Origin: a virus
Taxonomy: Duplodnaviria > Caudoviricetes
IMG/VR virus record: IMGVR_UViG_3300021255_000123
Span: 1 to 64,000 of that record
Strand: one strand, 5' to 3'
DNA length: 64,000 nucleotides
Under the pieces are notes generated by a model that searched no databases, was not told where the DNA came from, and saw only the letters and a program-made list of their open reading frames with translations. This document shows positions 42,254 to 52,212 of the stretch, piece by piece (position 1 is the first letter of the stretch; the number at the start of each line of letters is the position of its first letter). Position numbers and translations under genes: made by a program.

Positions 42254-44945
42254 AACTTATACCAAATTGAGTATCATCATATATATCTACCCTGTTTCCT
42301 CTATCTATATCGTCCTGATAGTCTTCCATATCTTTGCGGCTGTTCTCCAGCTCGTAGCCGTCCGGGATGTCGAGCAGGGGGTACATACGCATTGAGCACG
42401 GGTCCATCAGGTCCATCGAGCGGCCTCGACCGAGGAGCTTGTTCATTTCCTTTTTGGTCATCAGGCGCTTCTTTCCTGATTGAGCATCGACGTAGCGGAT
42501 GACGCGGGCTTCCTCGATAAATTCCTCCCGGACTGTGATGTCGGACTTGCGCTTCTCTGCCACGTTGGTGTATAGCTTTCTCGCCACCTCTTCCGAGCAT
42601 GAGATATATCCGTTCTTTATCAGGTATATCAGTTTCCCGAAACAACAGTCTTTCAGCTTCACATATTGCAGGGCATTGACTCCCATCGGGGCTTTGTAGC
42701 TCTCGTATGGTATGGCCTCCGGGATGTAGTCGTTGATGTATCTGCCACGGATGCCGTCGAATATAATGTGAGAATAACCGATGTTGTGTTTGTTGGCAAA
42801 AGCCTTCATTCTGTTGGCGTTGTCAACAGGCTTAGTGAACGGAGCTATGTCGATGTCGAAGATATGAAGGCCGTCCCAAGCCAGCTGGAGGAAGTTGTTG
42901 GTGCCAAAGTCTGCGAGGTCAGCCGTAATCCACTTGTCGCCGTTTCTCTGCGGGTCGTTCAGGAATACGCTTGAAGCTTCCTCATAAGTAACCAGATTGT
43001 CCTCTTCGTCTTTGGAAGATACATTCCAGTTGCCCTCCAGCATTTTGGCCGCCTCTGCGCCGCCGGACATGGCGATGGCGCCGATGTAGTCCGGGTTGTT
43101 TTCGAGCATATCAAGATTCTCGCTCATTCTGCCGAGGTAGAATACAAACGAGCGTATCATGTGCGGCCACTTGTCGCGGCCCTTCATAAATCCAAATATG
43201 CCGTCCAGCTGTTTGTCGATTGCGTACTTGCATTGCTCATAGACCTCTTCCTTGCTGTCGCCCCAGACAACCTCATCAACCGTTTTTCCGACGACATAGA
43301 AGTATCTGACAACGCCGTCGCGTTCAGGAATGATAAGGCCGTCCTCGCCGATGTACCAGTCGATGAACTTGCGAATCCAGCTTTCCCTCTCAGGGTTGGT
43401 GGTCGCGAGGCATTTGCCCGGAAATTTTGACTTACCACGGTTACGGGTAAGCAGAGTCTTGAAGGCGTCCCAAGTGAACCCTGTCAGCTCGTCGAAATAT
43501 ATCCAGTCGTACTGACTGCTCTTGAAACGACGCAGGATGGCCTCGACGCTCTGGTCTGCAAGATGAGCAAAGTCTATCCATGAGCCATACGGGGAAGTGA
43601 GTCGTGGCATTTCCGACATACGGAGGCTGGTCCACTCGCCGTACAATTCTTTGTTGAATGTGTCGATGACACCACCACCACGCTTCAAGTCGTCGATGTT
43701 GTTCTTGACGACAAGACCTCGCCAGTTCGGGTCGAGGATAGGTTCGGCTGTGGCGAGAGCGGCGCCGAATGTGTTGTGAGTTACAGTAAAATCGTTTGTA
43801 ATGTAAAGTCTGTTAGGATTAGAAACGGTAATACAACGCATTTCCGTTGGAGGTAATTTTCTGTACGATATTACACCAAGTTCATCATCACTACCTCCAC
43901 CGCGATATTTTACTGTTTTTATCCTGTCTCTTTTTCTTGTTAAATTAAATAACTTGGTGGCGTTTTTTATATTGACAGAAACCCTATAACAGTCCCTACA
44001 TTCAATAGTTTCGCCATTTTTGGTATATCTACTCTTTTTTACATGAACAGAAGCCCAACCGCCCAATGAGCGAATAATCCAAACAACATCATCACAAAGT
44101 TGCTTGCTGGTTGTATAATACTCTATATTACCTTTTTCGTCAACTGTACCATCAGTATCGAATAGACCCTGTATAAGTTCATATCTGTCTTCTATGCGAG
44201 AAGTTTTATAACATTCTGGAATAAACTTATCATAAGAATGTTTACCCCACAGTCCTTTTTGTTTGAGTTCTTTTACAACTTCTTTGTCGTAAATATAGTA
44301 TGTTTTTGGACTAGATGGAATATTGTGAATGTCGTACCCAATGGATTTGATTTTATCGACTATCTCTTTATCAACCGTTGTAAGTTGAGGCGAATATAAC
44401 CTTTCAGACAAACATCCATCACCAAGAAGGCATCCTAATAAATATGGGTGGATGGTTATGCCTTGATTTCGACATCCTTTGGTAAACTCAATAGGTTCAC
44501 ATAGAGGTATAAATAGTTTGTTGTTGTATTTTGAATCAAGAATGGATATTACCTTTTCCGTAGTCATAATTTCCCACAGATTTTCTCTATCCATACCTTT
44601 TTTATACCATTTCGGTCTCTTTCCAACTCTTCTCGCTTTCCAAAGATGGTCTAATGCACATTCAATTTTTCTACCATCAGAGAAGGTAAATTCGTAATTT
44701 TCCAAGACACCTCTCTCGAAAATTTGAATAACAGTTTCGTACCCTCCATCCGTACTTGATATTTTATCACCAACTTTAAGGTCTCCCATTTTTCGGAAAC
44801 CAAAAGGAGTACAAATGGCAGAATATAAAGGCTGTGCCTTACCGCCTCCAAGCATACCGCCGGAGAAGCAGACATTGACGTTTGTCCGGGCGAAAGCTCG
44901 CTGGAAACCCTCGTGTGGACGAATGATTATTTGCTCTTCTGCCAC
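42243..44945 (-). CDS. terL: Terminase large subunit containing an intein
   Basis: Walker A GGMLGGGK|T split by intein, Walker B WIYFDELT, ATTNP, C-terminal nuclease ITADLA...DLMDP; start GTG at 44945. Confidence 0.9.
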   Translation of the reverse strand: MAEEQIIIRPHEGFQRAFARTNVNVCFSGGMLGGGKAQPLYSAICTPFGFRKMGDLKVGDKISSTDGGYETVIQIFERGVLENYEFTFSDGRKIECALDHLWKARRVGKRPKWYKKGMDRENLWEIMTTEKVISILDSKYNNKLFIPLCEPIEFTKGCRNQGITIHPYLLGCLLGDGCLSERLYSPQLTTVDKEIVDKIKSIGYDIHNIPSSPKTYYIYDKEVVKELKQKGLWGKHSYDKFIPECYKTSRIEDRYELIQGLFDTDGTVDEKGNIEYYTTSKQLCDDVVWIIRSLGGWASVHVKKSRYTKNGETIECRDCYRVSVNIKNATKLFNLTRKRDRIKTVKYRGGGSDDELGVISYRKLPPTEMRCITVSNPNRLYITNDFTVTHNTFGAALATAEPILDPNWRGLVVKNNIDDLKRGGGVIDTFNKELYGEWTSLRMSEMPRLTSPYGSWIDFAHLADQSVEAILRRFKSSQYDWIYFDELTGFTWDAFKTLLTRNRGKSKFPGKCLATTNPERESWIRKFIDWYIGEDGLIIPERDGVVRYFYVVGKTVDEVVWGDSKEEVYEQCKYAIDKQLDGIFGFMKGRDKWPHMIRSFVFYLGRMSENLDMLENNPDYIGAIAMSGGAEAAKMLEGNWNVSSKDEEDNLVTYEEASSVFLNDPQRNGDKWITADLADFGTNNFLQLAWDGLHIFDIDIAPFTKPVDNANRMKAFANKHNIGYSHIIFDGIRGRYINDYIPEAIPYESYKAPMGVNALQYVKLKDCCFGKLIYLIKNGYISCSEEVARKLYTNVAEKRKSDITVREEFIEEARVIRYVDAQSGKKRLMTKKEMNKLLGRGRSMDLMDPCSMRMYPLLDIPDGYELENSRKDMEDYQDDIDRGNRVDIYDDTQFGISYGQ
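43773..44837 (-). mobile_element. Class 3-type intein (355 aa) with LAGLIDADG homing endonuclease
   Basis: Starts AQPL, ends VTHN|T; HLW (block B Trp), MRCITV (block F Cys), THN (block G Thr); LLGCLLGDG and IQGLFDTDG; AT-rich relative to exteins. Confidence 0.9.
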
Positions 44946-44971
44946 CTTAATTTCTATAATTAAATCCGGTG

Positions 44972-45002
44972 CAAAAGTACGAACATTTTTCAAAATGACA
45001 AA
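44972..45002 (-). promoter_or_regulatory. Bacteroidota promoter for the packaging operon
   Basis: TTTG, 19-nt spacer, TACTTTTG on minus strand. Confidence 0.7.
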
Positions 45003-45136
45003 AATTTTCTTCAAGCACAACTTTAAATATGGCGTTTTATTGCCCACAAAACCAACAAAATATAAAAATCATCATAAATTTAATCGCGTTTTAGTCAACG
45101 AGTTAAAGTGTTACTTTAAGTAATTGTTGAAAAATA

Positions 45137-45169
45137 TTTGGTTTGTATAGAAAAAAGTTATTATTTTTG
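45137..45169 (+). promoter_or_regulatory. Bacteroidota promoter for the head operon
   Basis: TTTG 45137-45140 and TATTTTTG 45162-45169. Confidence 0.7.
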
Positions 45170-45207
45170 CACCCGAAATACGTTCAAAAACTTAAAATTA
45201 AATTCAC

Positions 45208-45909
45208 ATGAAATTCACCAAACAGCAGGCTATTGAAGCACTCAAAGCCAAAGTCCCGGCCAAGGACAAAGAACTTGACTTGGAGAGGACGATTACCGAG
45301 GCAGTAGACAACTGCTTGGCATTCGTCGGGGAAGAAAGTGAAATGGAGTTGAATGATTTCGTTGAAAAAGCTTGGAAGTCAGTGAAGTCCTCTATTGGCT
45401 TAGCTCACAACGAAAACTCCAAAGTCGCACAGAAGCTCAAAGACCAAATTGCAGAACTGCAACGTAAACTCGACGGCAAGGAGCCTCCTAAGACTGACGA
45501 CGACGACAAATCCATCAAGACAGACGACCCCACATTGAAAGCAATGCAGGATGAGATTGCCGAGATGAAAAAGAAGTTGGCCGCCAAGGATGCCGAGGAA
45601 GCCGTCACCGAGAAGCGTAAGCAGCTTGTCGCAAAGATGGGCGAAAGCATTAAGGACAAGGATTGGATTGAGGCTTACCTCTCCGAGATTAGCATTACCG
45701 CTGAAACCGATGTCGAGGCCAAGGCCAAAGACTATGTGGCTTTCTACAACAAGACCCACGCGAAAGGCGGCAAAGTTACTCCACAATCCACTGGAAACGA
45801 TGATGACGACAACTCCAATGTGAAGTCAACCGTGGCCGCCGCCGCCGCTCTCAAAAAGAACATGTCAGGTCGCAGAGGCCCGGTGGAATCAACCACAGAA
45901 AACAAGTAA
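45208..45909 (+). CDS. Capsid scaffolding protein
   Basis: Charged helical protein at the head of the capsid operon. Confidence 0.7.
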   Translation: MKFTKQQAIEALKAKVPAKDKELDLERTITEAVDNCLAFVGEESEMELNDFVEKAWKSVKSSIGLAHNENSKVAQKLKDQIAELQRKLDGKEPPKTDDDDKSIKTDDPTLKAMQDEIAEMKKKLAAKDAEEAVTEKRKQLVAKMGESIKDKDWIEAYLSEISITAETDVEAKAKDYVAFYNKTHAKGGKVTPQSTGNDDDDNSNVKSTVAAAAALKKNMSGRRGPVESTTENK

Positions 45910-45931
45910 AACAACTTAAATTCAATTAACA

Positions 45932-46798
45932 ATGGCAGAAATCACTCCTAACGGACATTTTCGTGGCCTCGGTCTCATCCAGAAAAAGGGTGACATCGGA
46001 GGTGCCCGTAATGTCTTCGTCAATCTGGTGGGAAACCATGACGATTTGGTTTATCCGCAGTTCGGTGGTAAGGTGATGAATCCTCCCAAGGGCCGCACCA
46101 AGATGTTTGCCGGCGACCTTCTGGAGTATCGTCCCAAAGTTGGCAGCGACAAGCTCGACCCGGAGATTTACATTCTCCGTACCTTTGAGGTTGCTGATGC
46201 TGTCAGTGCAGCCACCACGGTTTACATCAAGCGTGACGAGTTCCGTCACAAACCCTTCGTAGGCGATGTCCTGATGGTTGCCCCCGCCGTCATTGGTGGA
46301 ACCGGCACAGCCGTCACCGTGACCGCCGTCACCGCAACCACTGCCACTATCAGTGGTGTCGCCACCCCTGTTTGGCAGCTTACTATCAGCACGTCTCTGA
46401 CCATCGCCAAGGGCGCCATCATGGTCGAGGCTGAGGAGGCTGGTTCGGACAAGAAAATGCTTGTCAAGGCTATCAACGGTGTGTTCGACTGCGACGCCGA
46501 TTTCTTCGAGAACGAGAACATCGACGACATCGAAGTCACCCGCGACGGTGAGACCGGTGCTATCACCGCTGTCACCGATGCCGACTTCTACAAGGCCCGC
46601 TACCAGTACACCCCGGCTCTCGGTGGTCTGATGTGGATTCACAGGATGTCGCCGATACCTCAGTGCGTCCTCGACCTCAACATGTGCAACATTCCCGGAA
46701 TGTATCACGTCAACTGGCAGCTCAACGGCAAGAAGGCTGCTTCTATGGATGCAGCTATCAAAGCCCTTGACACCCGTGTAACCACTCTCGAAGGCTAA
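45932..46798 (+). CDS. Head decoration / auxiliary capsid protein
   Basis: Beta-rich T/A/V protein between scaffold and MCP; C-terminal coiled coil LDTRVTTLEG. Confidence 0.6.
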   Translation: MAEITPNGHFRGLGLIQKKGDIGGARNVFVNLVGNHDDLVYPQFGGKVMNPPKGRTKMFAGDLLEYRPKVGSDKLDPEIYILRTFEVADAVSAATTVYIKRDEFRHKPFVGDVLMVAPAVIGGTGTAVTVTAVTATTATISGVATPVWQLTISTSLTIAKGAIMVEAEEAGSDKKMLVKAINGVFDCDADFFENENIDDIEVTRDGETGAITAVTDADFYKARYQYTPALGGLMWIHRMSPIPQCVLDLNMCNIPGMYHVNWQLNGKKAASMDAAIKALDTRVTTLEG

Positions 46799-46820
46799 TT
46801 AAAAAAGAAAGGAGATTACC

Positions 46821-48071
46821 ATGCACAAAAATCCTGATTTTTCCGAGTCTTCGTTCTTCCAAATCTGGAGTCCCGAAGGCCGTGTGGTTGTGAGTGAAAT
46901 CCTCAACAACCCTGACCTCATCGAAATCAACAACTATGACGCTTGGCGCGACGACTTTGACATCGACCCCGAAATCACCGCCCATGACTCTAACGGCTTC
47001 GCCGTCGTTACCGCCATGATGCGTGAGGTTGAGCACGGTGTTATGTCCGACATGCGTGCTCCTCTGGGCGACTCCATGCCCGTCGAGCAGGGTAACGCTA
47101 AGAGCTACACGGTGCCTATCGCCCACTTCACGACCCGTCACTTCCATGAGACCAAGGCCACGATGATGGACAAGAAGGCCCGCTACGAGGCTCTCCGCGA
47201 CACCTACGGCGAGTACGACGCCCAGCTCATCGCCAGCTACGCTGACAAGGTGCAGGGCTTCATCGACGGTGCCAACATGACCCTGACCAACATGGGTGAG
47301 CAGCTGATGACCAACGGCTATGTCTTCTACGACAAGGGCGCTGGTATCCACGCTGGTATCCATAAGGCCGACATCCCCGCCAAGAACTTCCTCGGCGCTT
47401 GCGTGTACAAGCTGTCGGGTGGCTCCGAAGTCCAGACCACTTGGGCTGACCTCGACTGCCTGTTCATCGAGTCCATGAACCGCCTCATCGAGCAGATTAA
47501 CACTGTCAATAGTAAGAACTGGAAGTGGCAGCTCGACCTCCCGAAGGCCATCTGGGACAACTACATCAAGAAGAACAAGGAAGTTCTGCAGGTGATGGCA
47601 CAGAAAGCCAATCCTCTCATCCTCAGCACCGACCAGTTCAACTTTGCAACTGCCGGCATGACTTTCGAGGATGCTGACATTCTGGCTATGCTGAACAGCC
47701 GCATCAAGAACTGCACCCTCTTCATCCACGACTCCGCTCAGTACGACGCCTTTGAAGGTATCGTCCACGGCTGGAAGACTGGTGTTGCCACCCTCCGTCC
47801 TCTTGGCCGCGCCGGTTTGATTCGTCACACCGACATCATCGACGCTCAGTGGTTCGACGACAAGTATTCCAACCCCGCCATCAAGGACTTCTACGTCCCT
47901 GCTCTGATGGGTCTTGGCTACCTGAACAACACCATCTGGCCCAACGGTCGCGACCTCGAATACCGTACTCGTTACATCTATTCGAGCACCCCGTCTCTCG
48001 ATGAGTTCCTGTTCCACTTCATCCTGAACACCGGCTCGGCCAGTGCTAACGGAAACTGGTACACCAAGTAA
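46821..48071 (+). CDS. Major capsid protein
   Basis: 416 aa, strong codon bias, SDMRAPLGDS...PSLDEF pattern, position. Confidence 0.8.
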   Translation: MHKNPDFSESSFFQIWSPEGRVVVSEILNNPDLIEINNYDAWRDDFDIDPEITAHDSNGFAVVTAMMREVEHGVMSDMRAPLGDSMPVEQGNAKSYTVPIAHFTTRHFHETKATMMDKKARYEALRDTYGEYDAQLIASYADKVQGFIDGANMTLTNMGEQLMTNGYVFYDKGAGIHAGIHKADIPAKNFLGACVYKLSGGSEVQTTWADLDCLFIESMNRLIEQINTVNSKNWKWQLDLPKAIWDNYIKKNKEVLQVMAQKANPLILSTDQFNFATAGMTFEDADILAMLNSRIKNCTLFIHDSAQYDAFEGIVHGWKTGVATLRPLGRAGLIRHTDIIDAQWFDDKYSNPAIKDFYVPALMGLGYLNNTIWPNGRDLEYRTRYIYSSTPSLDEFLFHFILNTGSASANGNWYTK

Positions 48072-48095
48072 ACTCAAAAAAAGGAATAGACGATT

Positions 48096-48467
48096 ATGGC
48101 TGCTATAGAGTTTGACATCTTACAGTACATGAGCGGTCTTACCGGCTTCACCTTCGACAAGGCGGTGCTTACACGCATCGCCTTGGAGAGGGGAGTTGAC
48201 CAAGTAACCGCCTATGCGCAACTGACGAAGCGTCAGCGCGACCTCATTACCGCAGACCTTCTGCTCACCGCCTATCTCTCGCCGACTGTCTGGGCCAGCT
48301 TTGACCAAGCACACGGCAGCTTCAAGAAAGGCGTTGGCTCCCAGACGATGTACAACAAGGAGGAGATTTACAACTACTTGTACAACATCTACAGTCAGTA
48401 CGAGGATGAAAAGCTCGAAGAGCTGCCTGACAACTCTGCACACGTTTTCTTCCGTAACGACATCTAA
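48096..48467 (+). CDS. Head-tail connector (DUF6706-like)
   Basis: IALERGV...DLITADLL...SFDQAHGSF; follows MCP. Confidence 0.6.
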   Translation: MAAIEFDILQYMSGLTGFTFDKAVLTRIALERGVDQVTAYAQLTKRQRDLITADLLLTAYLSPTVWASFDQAHGSFKKGVGSQTMYNKEEIYNYLYNIYSQYEDEKLEELPDNSAHVFFRNDI

Positions 48468-48478
48468 CAAACAGAATC

Positions 48479-48883
48479 ATGGCATACATCGACAGGGACG
48501 AACTTCAAGACTTTCCGTTTACCGGTAAGTTTTACAAATCCACGATAGACAAAACCAAGCCCCTCTCCCAACAGGTAGAGACTGAGGTTGTAATCGCCGA
48601 GGTGGTGTGTGACATTCAGGAAGAGTCTAATTTCCGCGCCACGGCGACTGCGAAAGCCGTCTATGGTGTGTACGTTCCTTTCGATAGCGACACCACGGAA
48701 ATCCCGGTCCAGCGAGGACACATGTTCAAGGGCTACCAGTACGGGTTGCTTGTTTCCGGCAAGGTTATAGGCGTATTCCCGTCTCAGCTGGGACCTTTCG
48801 ACAACTATACCGAGCGAGGGAGCGACGTGGTGCCGCACCGTTGCCGTGGTTATCTTGCAAGAGTGGAGGCTACCGACGTATGA
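48479..48883 (+). CDS. Head closure / adaptor protein
   Basis: Beta-rich 134-aa protein, VCDIQE, position. Confidence 0.55.
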   Translation: MAYIDRDELQDFPFTGKFYKSTIDKTKPLSQQVETEVVIAEVVCDIQEESNFRATATAKAVYGVYVPFDSDTTEIPVQRGHMFKGYQYGLLVSGKVIGVFPSQLGPFDNYTERGSDVVPHRCRGYLARVEATDV

Positions 48884-49632
48884 GCAAGTATCAATATGGT
48901 GGTATCTATTGCTGCATACCTCTTGGGTATCTGTATGACGAGAGCTTGGTCTCGTCCATCAGATGGCGTCTTCGCAAAAACTTAGGAGTTACAATCAAGG
49001 GACTCACAAACGAGCAATTAAACAAAGTCATTCGTGAAACGCTGGTGAAATGGATAAGAGGGCTTATGTCTGGTAGTAAAATACCGAATTACGCCTCTTT
49101 GACAAAGGCAGCAGACCGGAGAGAGGAGAGGTTGATTGCAAAGCAGAACGCCTTGGTAAATCAAGGAAAAAGCGACGCTGACATCAATACTCAAATCAAC
49201 AAGTCCATTGAAAGATATGGAGAATTGCGGTCGATAATCGAGGAGGTGAATAATTCAATCGGATTCGGCATCTACCATAACAATCTCCTGCTTTCAAACT
49301 CTGTTGGGACGCCAGCCGCTCACAATGAATACGCCAGATTGGGAAACATCCGCAATTTCCTTTTGCACAACAAGAGTAAGTTGCCGATAGACCCGAAAGG
49401 ATGGACTGTCGTTTTGGTCGTTGCTCACTATGCGGCGGCCCGTTTTGAAGCAAAAGGAGCTTATCCAGACAGACGATACAAGGGTTTCAACAAGAGAGTC
49501 TTGTATGCAATGGTCTGGAATATAGCAAACGCATTGCGAGAAATGACCGGGAGAAAACACAGTGGCAATTTGAGATATGGATATATTCTTTCCAGAACTG
49601 GATATGAAGGTCAGATATTCAATGTAATATGA
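48880..49632 (+). CDS. Neck / tail completion protein (HK97 gp10-like position)
   Basis: VLVVAHYAARFE motif; ATGA overlaps at both ends. Confidence 0.5.
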   Translation: MSKYQYGGIYCCIPLGYLYDESLVSSIRWRLRKNLGVTIKGLTNEQLNKVIRETLVKWIRGLMSGSKIPNYASLTKAADRREERLIAKQNALVNQGKSDADINTQINKSIERYGELRSIIEEVNNSIGFGIYHNNLLLSNSVGTPAAHNEYARLGNIRNFLLHNKSKLPIDPKGWTVVLVVAHYAAARFEAKGAYPDRRYKGFNKRVLYAMVWNIANALREMTGRKHSGNLRYGYILSRTGYEGQIFNVI

Positions 49633-50030
49633 GAGAGGTTAATAGATACGCAAACACATCAAAGGTCGAAGAGTACCTGTACAGCATCCTCTACAGTGCT
49701 GTATCAGACCACGTTTTCGCAGGGACACTCCCTTCTTCGATAGGAGAGTCTTGGAACGATATGGTACTTATAGACTGTGATATGCCGTTGAACGACAATG
49801 GGACGTATAGCTGGGGAACCGTGTACGTTATATTGTATGCGAGACCCAATGCAGACGGCTCAAAAAATGTTCCGGTAATGGCACAGTTAGAAACAAAACT
49901 ATGTGATGTGCTTGATACCGCTCACAATGACCACTATTCCATAGAACGGATTGCAAATGCCGCAGATTACGACAATAACATCGGATGGCATACCAATTTC
50001 GTCCATTTCAATTTGACAATCACAAAGTAA
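49629..50030 (+). CDS. Tail terminator-like protein
   Basis: 133-aa protein immediately before the tail tube gene. Confidence 0.55.
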   Translation: MREVNRYANTSKVEEYLYSILYSAVSDHVFAGTLPSSIGESWNDMVLIDCDMPLNDNGTYSWGTVYVILYARPNADGSKNVPVMAQLETKLCDVLDTAHNDHYSIERIANAADYDNNIGWHTNFVHFNLTITK

Positions 50031-50061
50031 ATTAACAACTTAAATACAGAAAGGATTAACA

Positions 50062-50739
50062 ATGAGTGCAACTCTTAAACACCTCAACACTGGTCAGCGT
50101 CGTTTTCAGGACGCCAAGGGTATGTTCGTCACCCCGTACACCTCCGAAGGTCTGCTCGGTGAGACCACCTACGACATCCATGACATCGTGGGTGACACCC
50201 TGAGTATCACTGCTGATGACCCCGACCGCACTGAAATTCCTTGGGAGTTTGGCGACACCGCCCTCGACGAGAACGTCAAGATGGGTAAGATGAACTTCGC
50301 CTGCCAGTGCCTCGACTTCCAGAACGACATCATGCTGGCCCTCTTCGGCTGCAAGACTGTCAATGACGCCGTGGTGTTCCCGTCCGAGTACGGGGACCTC
50401 TACGTTATGATTCGCATCAAGTTCGACGACGTGGACCTAGTGCTGCCTTACGTCAAGATGAACTCCAAGGCAACTCTGGAGAACATGCGCACCGACATCG
50501 CCCGTGGCGAACTCGCCGGCACCATCCTCTCGAAGGAAGTTGTCGTTGGTGCCCTTCCTGACGCTGGCACCCAAGCCCCCTCGACAGCCATTACCTACAG
50601 TGCCGCCAATGCCGCCGACACCCCGATGCTGTACCTCCCCAACGACAGCACCAACGGTAAGGCCGCTTATGTTCCCGGCACTGGCTCGACGTCCAGCTCG
50701 CCGGTCTATCTGACCGACGTCCACGCCGACGCAGCCTAG
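50062..50739 (+). CDS. Major tail tube protein (paralog 1)
   Basis: Strong codon bias, position, similarity to 50827-51603. Confidence 0.7.
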   Translation: MSATLKHLNTGQRRFQDAKGMFVTPYTSEGLLGETTYDIHDIVGDTLSITADDPDRTEIPWEFGDTALDENVKMGKMNFACQCLDFQNDIMLALFGCKTVNDAVVFPSEYGDLYVMIRIKFDDVDLVLPYVKMNSKATLENMRTDIARGELAGTILSKEVVVGALPDAGTQAPSTAITYSAANAADTPMLYLPNDSTNGKAAYVPGTGSTSSSPVYLTDVHADAA

Positions 50740-50770
50740 TCGTAGGTTGACTTAACGTCTCATTATCAGG

Positions 50771-50808
50771 GAAAGGGAGAGGTCGAGTACCTTCTCCCTT
50801 TCTTTCTT
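50771..50808 (+). terminator. Intrinsic terminator
   Basis: GAAAGGGAGAGGT-CGAGT-ACCTTCTCCCTTTC followed by TTTCTT. Confidence 0.75.
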
Positions 50809-50826
50809 AAAACAAAAACGAGTATC

Positions 50827-51603
50827 ATGCCAATAATAAGGACAAAAACAGGACGGAAGTTGCTGAAAAACGCAAGAAATCTCTTTGTGCTTCCGTATCG
50901 CTACGACACCACGTTGTCGCAGTATGTGTTGGGCCAGAACCTTTACGACCTGTCGGCCATCATCGGCGACAGTATCACTCTGGAGCAGAGCGATGGTGAC
51001 ACCCAGACGAAAGAGAATGAGTTTACCAACGAGGCTCTCGTCAAGAACGTAACGACCGGGGAATGGAAGTTCACGGCTCAGTGCTTGGACCTTCAAAACT
51101 CCGTGCTGAAAGCGTTGTTCATGGCCTATACAAACGACACCTATGGCGCCGCAGCCTTGCGTCCGGAATACGAGACTCTGTACGCCCTGATTATGGTCAG
51201 GTTTTCCGACACTGGCACACCCGACGTCTGGCTGCCGAAGGTGCTTCTGAATAGCAAGCTTCTTCTGCAGCAGATGAAAACTAGAGGTTCGCAGGGGAAT
51301 GTAAGCGGCACGTTGTTCTCCAGCCGGTGCGGTATCATCCAGTCTTCCTCTCAGTCGCAGGGCCATACCGTGTGTACTTTGATGCCTCTTGCGGACAATA
51401 TTGCCGGCACGAATGTCTATACGCCGAATGTGCCCGTTTTGTTCGCCCCGCAGACCTATCGAGTCATAGTTCTCAACCATAGGTCCGAGGAGGACGGAGA
51501 AACTGTCTTTGACAGCCCTAATCCCGCGACGACTGGTAATCAGGATTGTTGCGGCCACAACATCGTCGTGTCGGACGACAATCCGGCTGTGGCTGTAATT
51601 TAG
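50827..51603 (+). CDS. Tail tube protein (paralog 2)
   Basis: YDLSAIIGD...EF...FTAQCLDLQN aligns with YDIHDIVGD...EF...FACQCLDFQN. Confidence 0.65.
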   Translation: MPIIRTKTGRKLLKNARNLFVLPYRYDTTLSQYVLGQNLYDLSAIIGDSITLEQSDGDTQTKENEFTNEALVKNVTTGEWKFTAQCLDLQNSVLKALFMAYTNDTYGAAALRPEYETLYALIMVRFSDTGTPDVWLPKVLLNSKLLLQQMKTRGSQGNVSGTLFSSRCGIIQSSSQSQGHTVCTLMPLADNIAGTNVYTPNVPVLFAPQTYRVIVLNHRSEEDGETVFDSPNPATTGNQDCCGHNIVVSDDNPAVAVI

Positions 51604-51660
51604 TTTCTGACAAGTGCAAAATTCTTCGTATCTTTGCACCTGAATTAAAACTTTAACTAG

Positions 51661-52212
51661 ATGCCTTTAGTAAAAGCAAAATCAGACGTTAAGCAACGCC
51701 TTAAAGAACAAAAGAACAAGGACTTGTTCGTCAGCGAGGAGGCCCAGAACAGACTCGCGGCCATTATCGCGGACGCTCCTTCGATAGAGAAGTTTGCAGG
51801 AACGGAGTGGGAAATGCGCCCTCTCCGTTTCGGCACTCAGTATCTCATAGTCGATGAGGTGAGAAAAATCAAGGAAATGGAGTCTGCCACCTACGAGAAC
51901 TCAATCCTAGGTCTGGCAGCTACCATGCCGGCCACCGTTACGGTCGTTACGCTGGCCCTGTTGAACGACAAGAACCGCATCTACCAGAACGGCGACCCCA
52001 ATCAAGGGTACAGCAAGCTCTTCAAGCGCACCTATGACACTATTATGTGGAACGCCAATAAGGAGGAGCTTATCAAGATACTCTGGGACTGCATCCAGAT
52101 GGTTGATGTGTCTTTTTTTATGGAAGCTCTGGGTATGCTCCAGATATTCAGAGCTCAGGTGACGGAGAAGAAGAGGACGAGGACGAAGATGAAGAGAGCA
52201 GAAGCGAAATAA
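51661..52212 (+). CDS. Tail assembly chaperone (G)
   Basis: Precedes tape measure; contains slippery T TTT TTT at 52113-52119. Confidence 0.7.
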   Translation: MPLVKAKSDVKQRLKEQKNKDLFVSEEAQNRLAAIIADAPSIEKFAGTEWEMRPLRFGTQYLIVDEVRKIKEMESATYENSILGLAATMPATVTVVTLALLNDKNRIYQNGDPNQGYSKLFKRTYDTIMWNANKEELIKILWDCIQMVDVSFFMEALGMLQIFRAQVTEKKRTRTKMKRAEAK

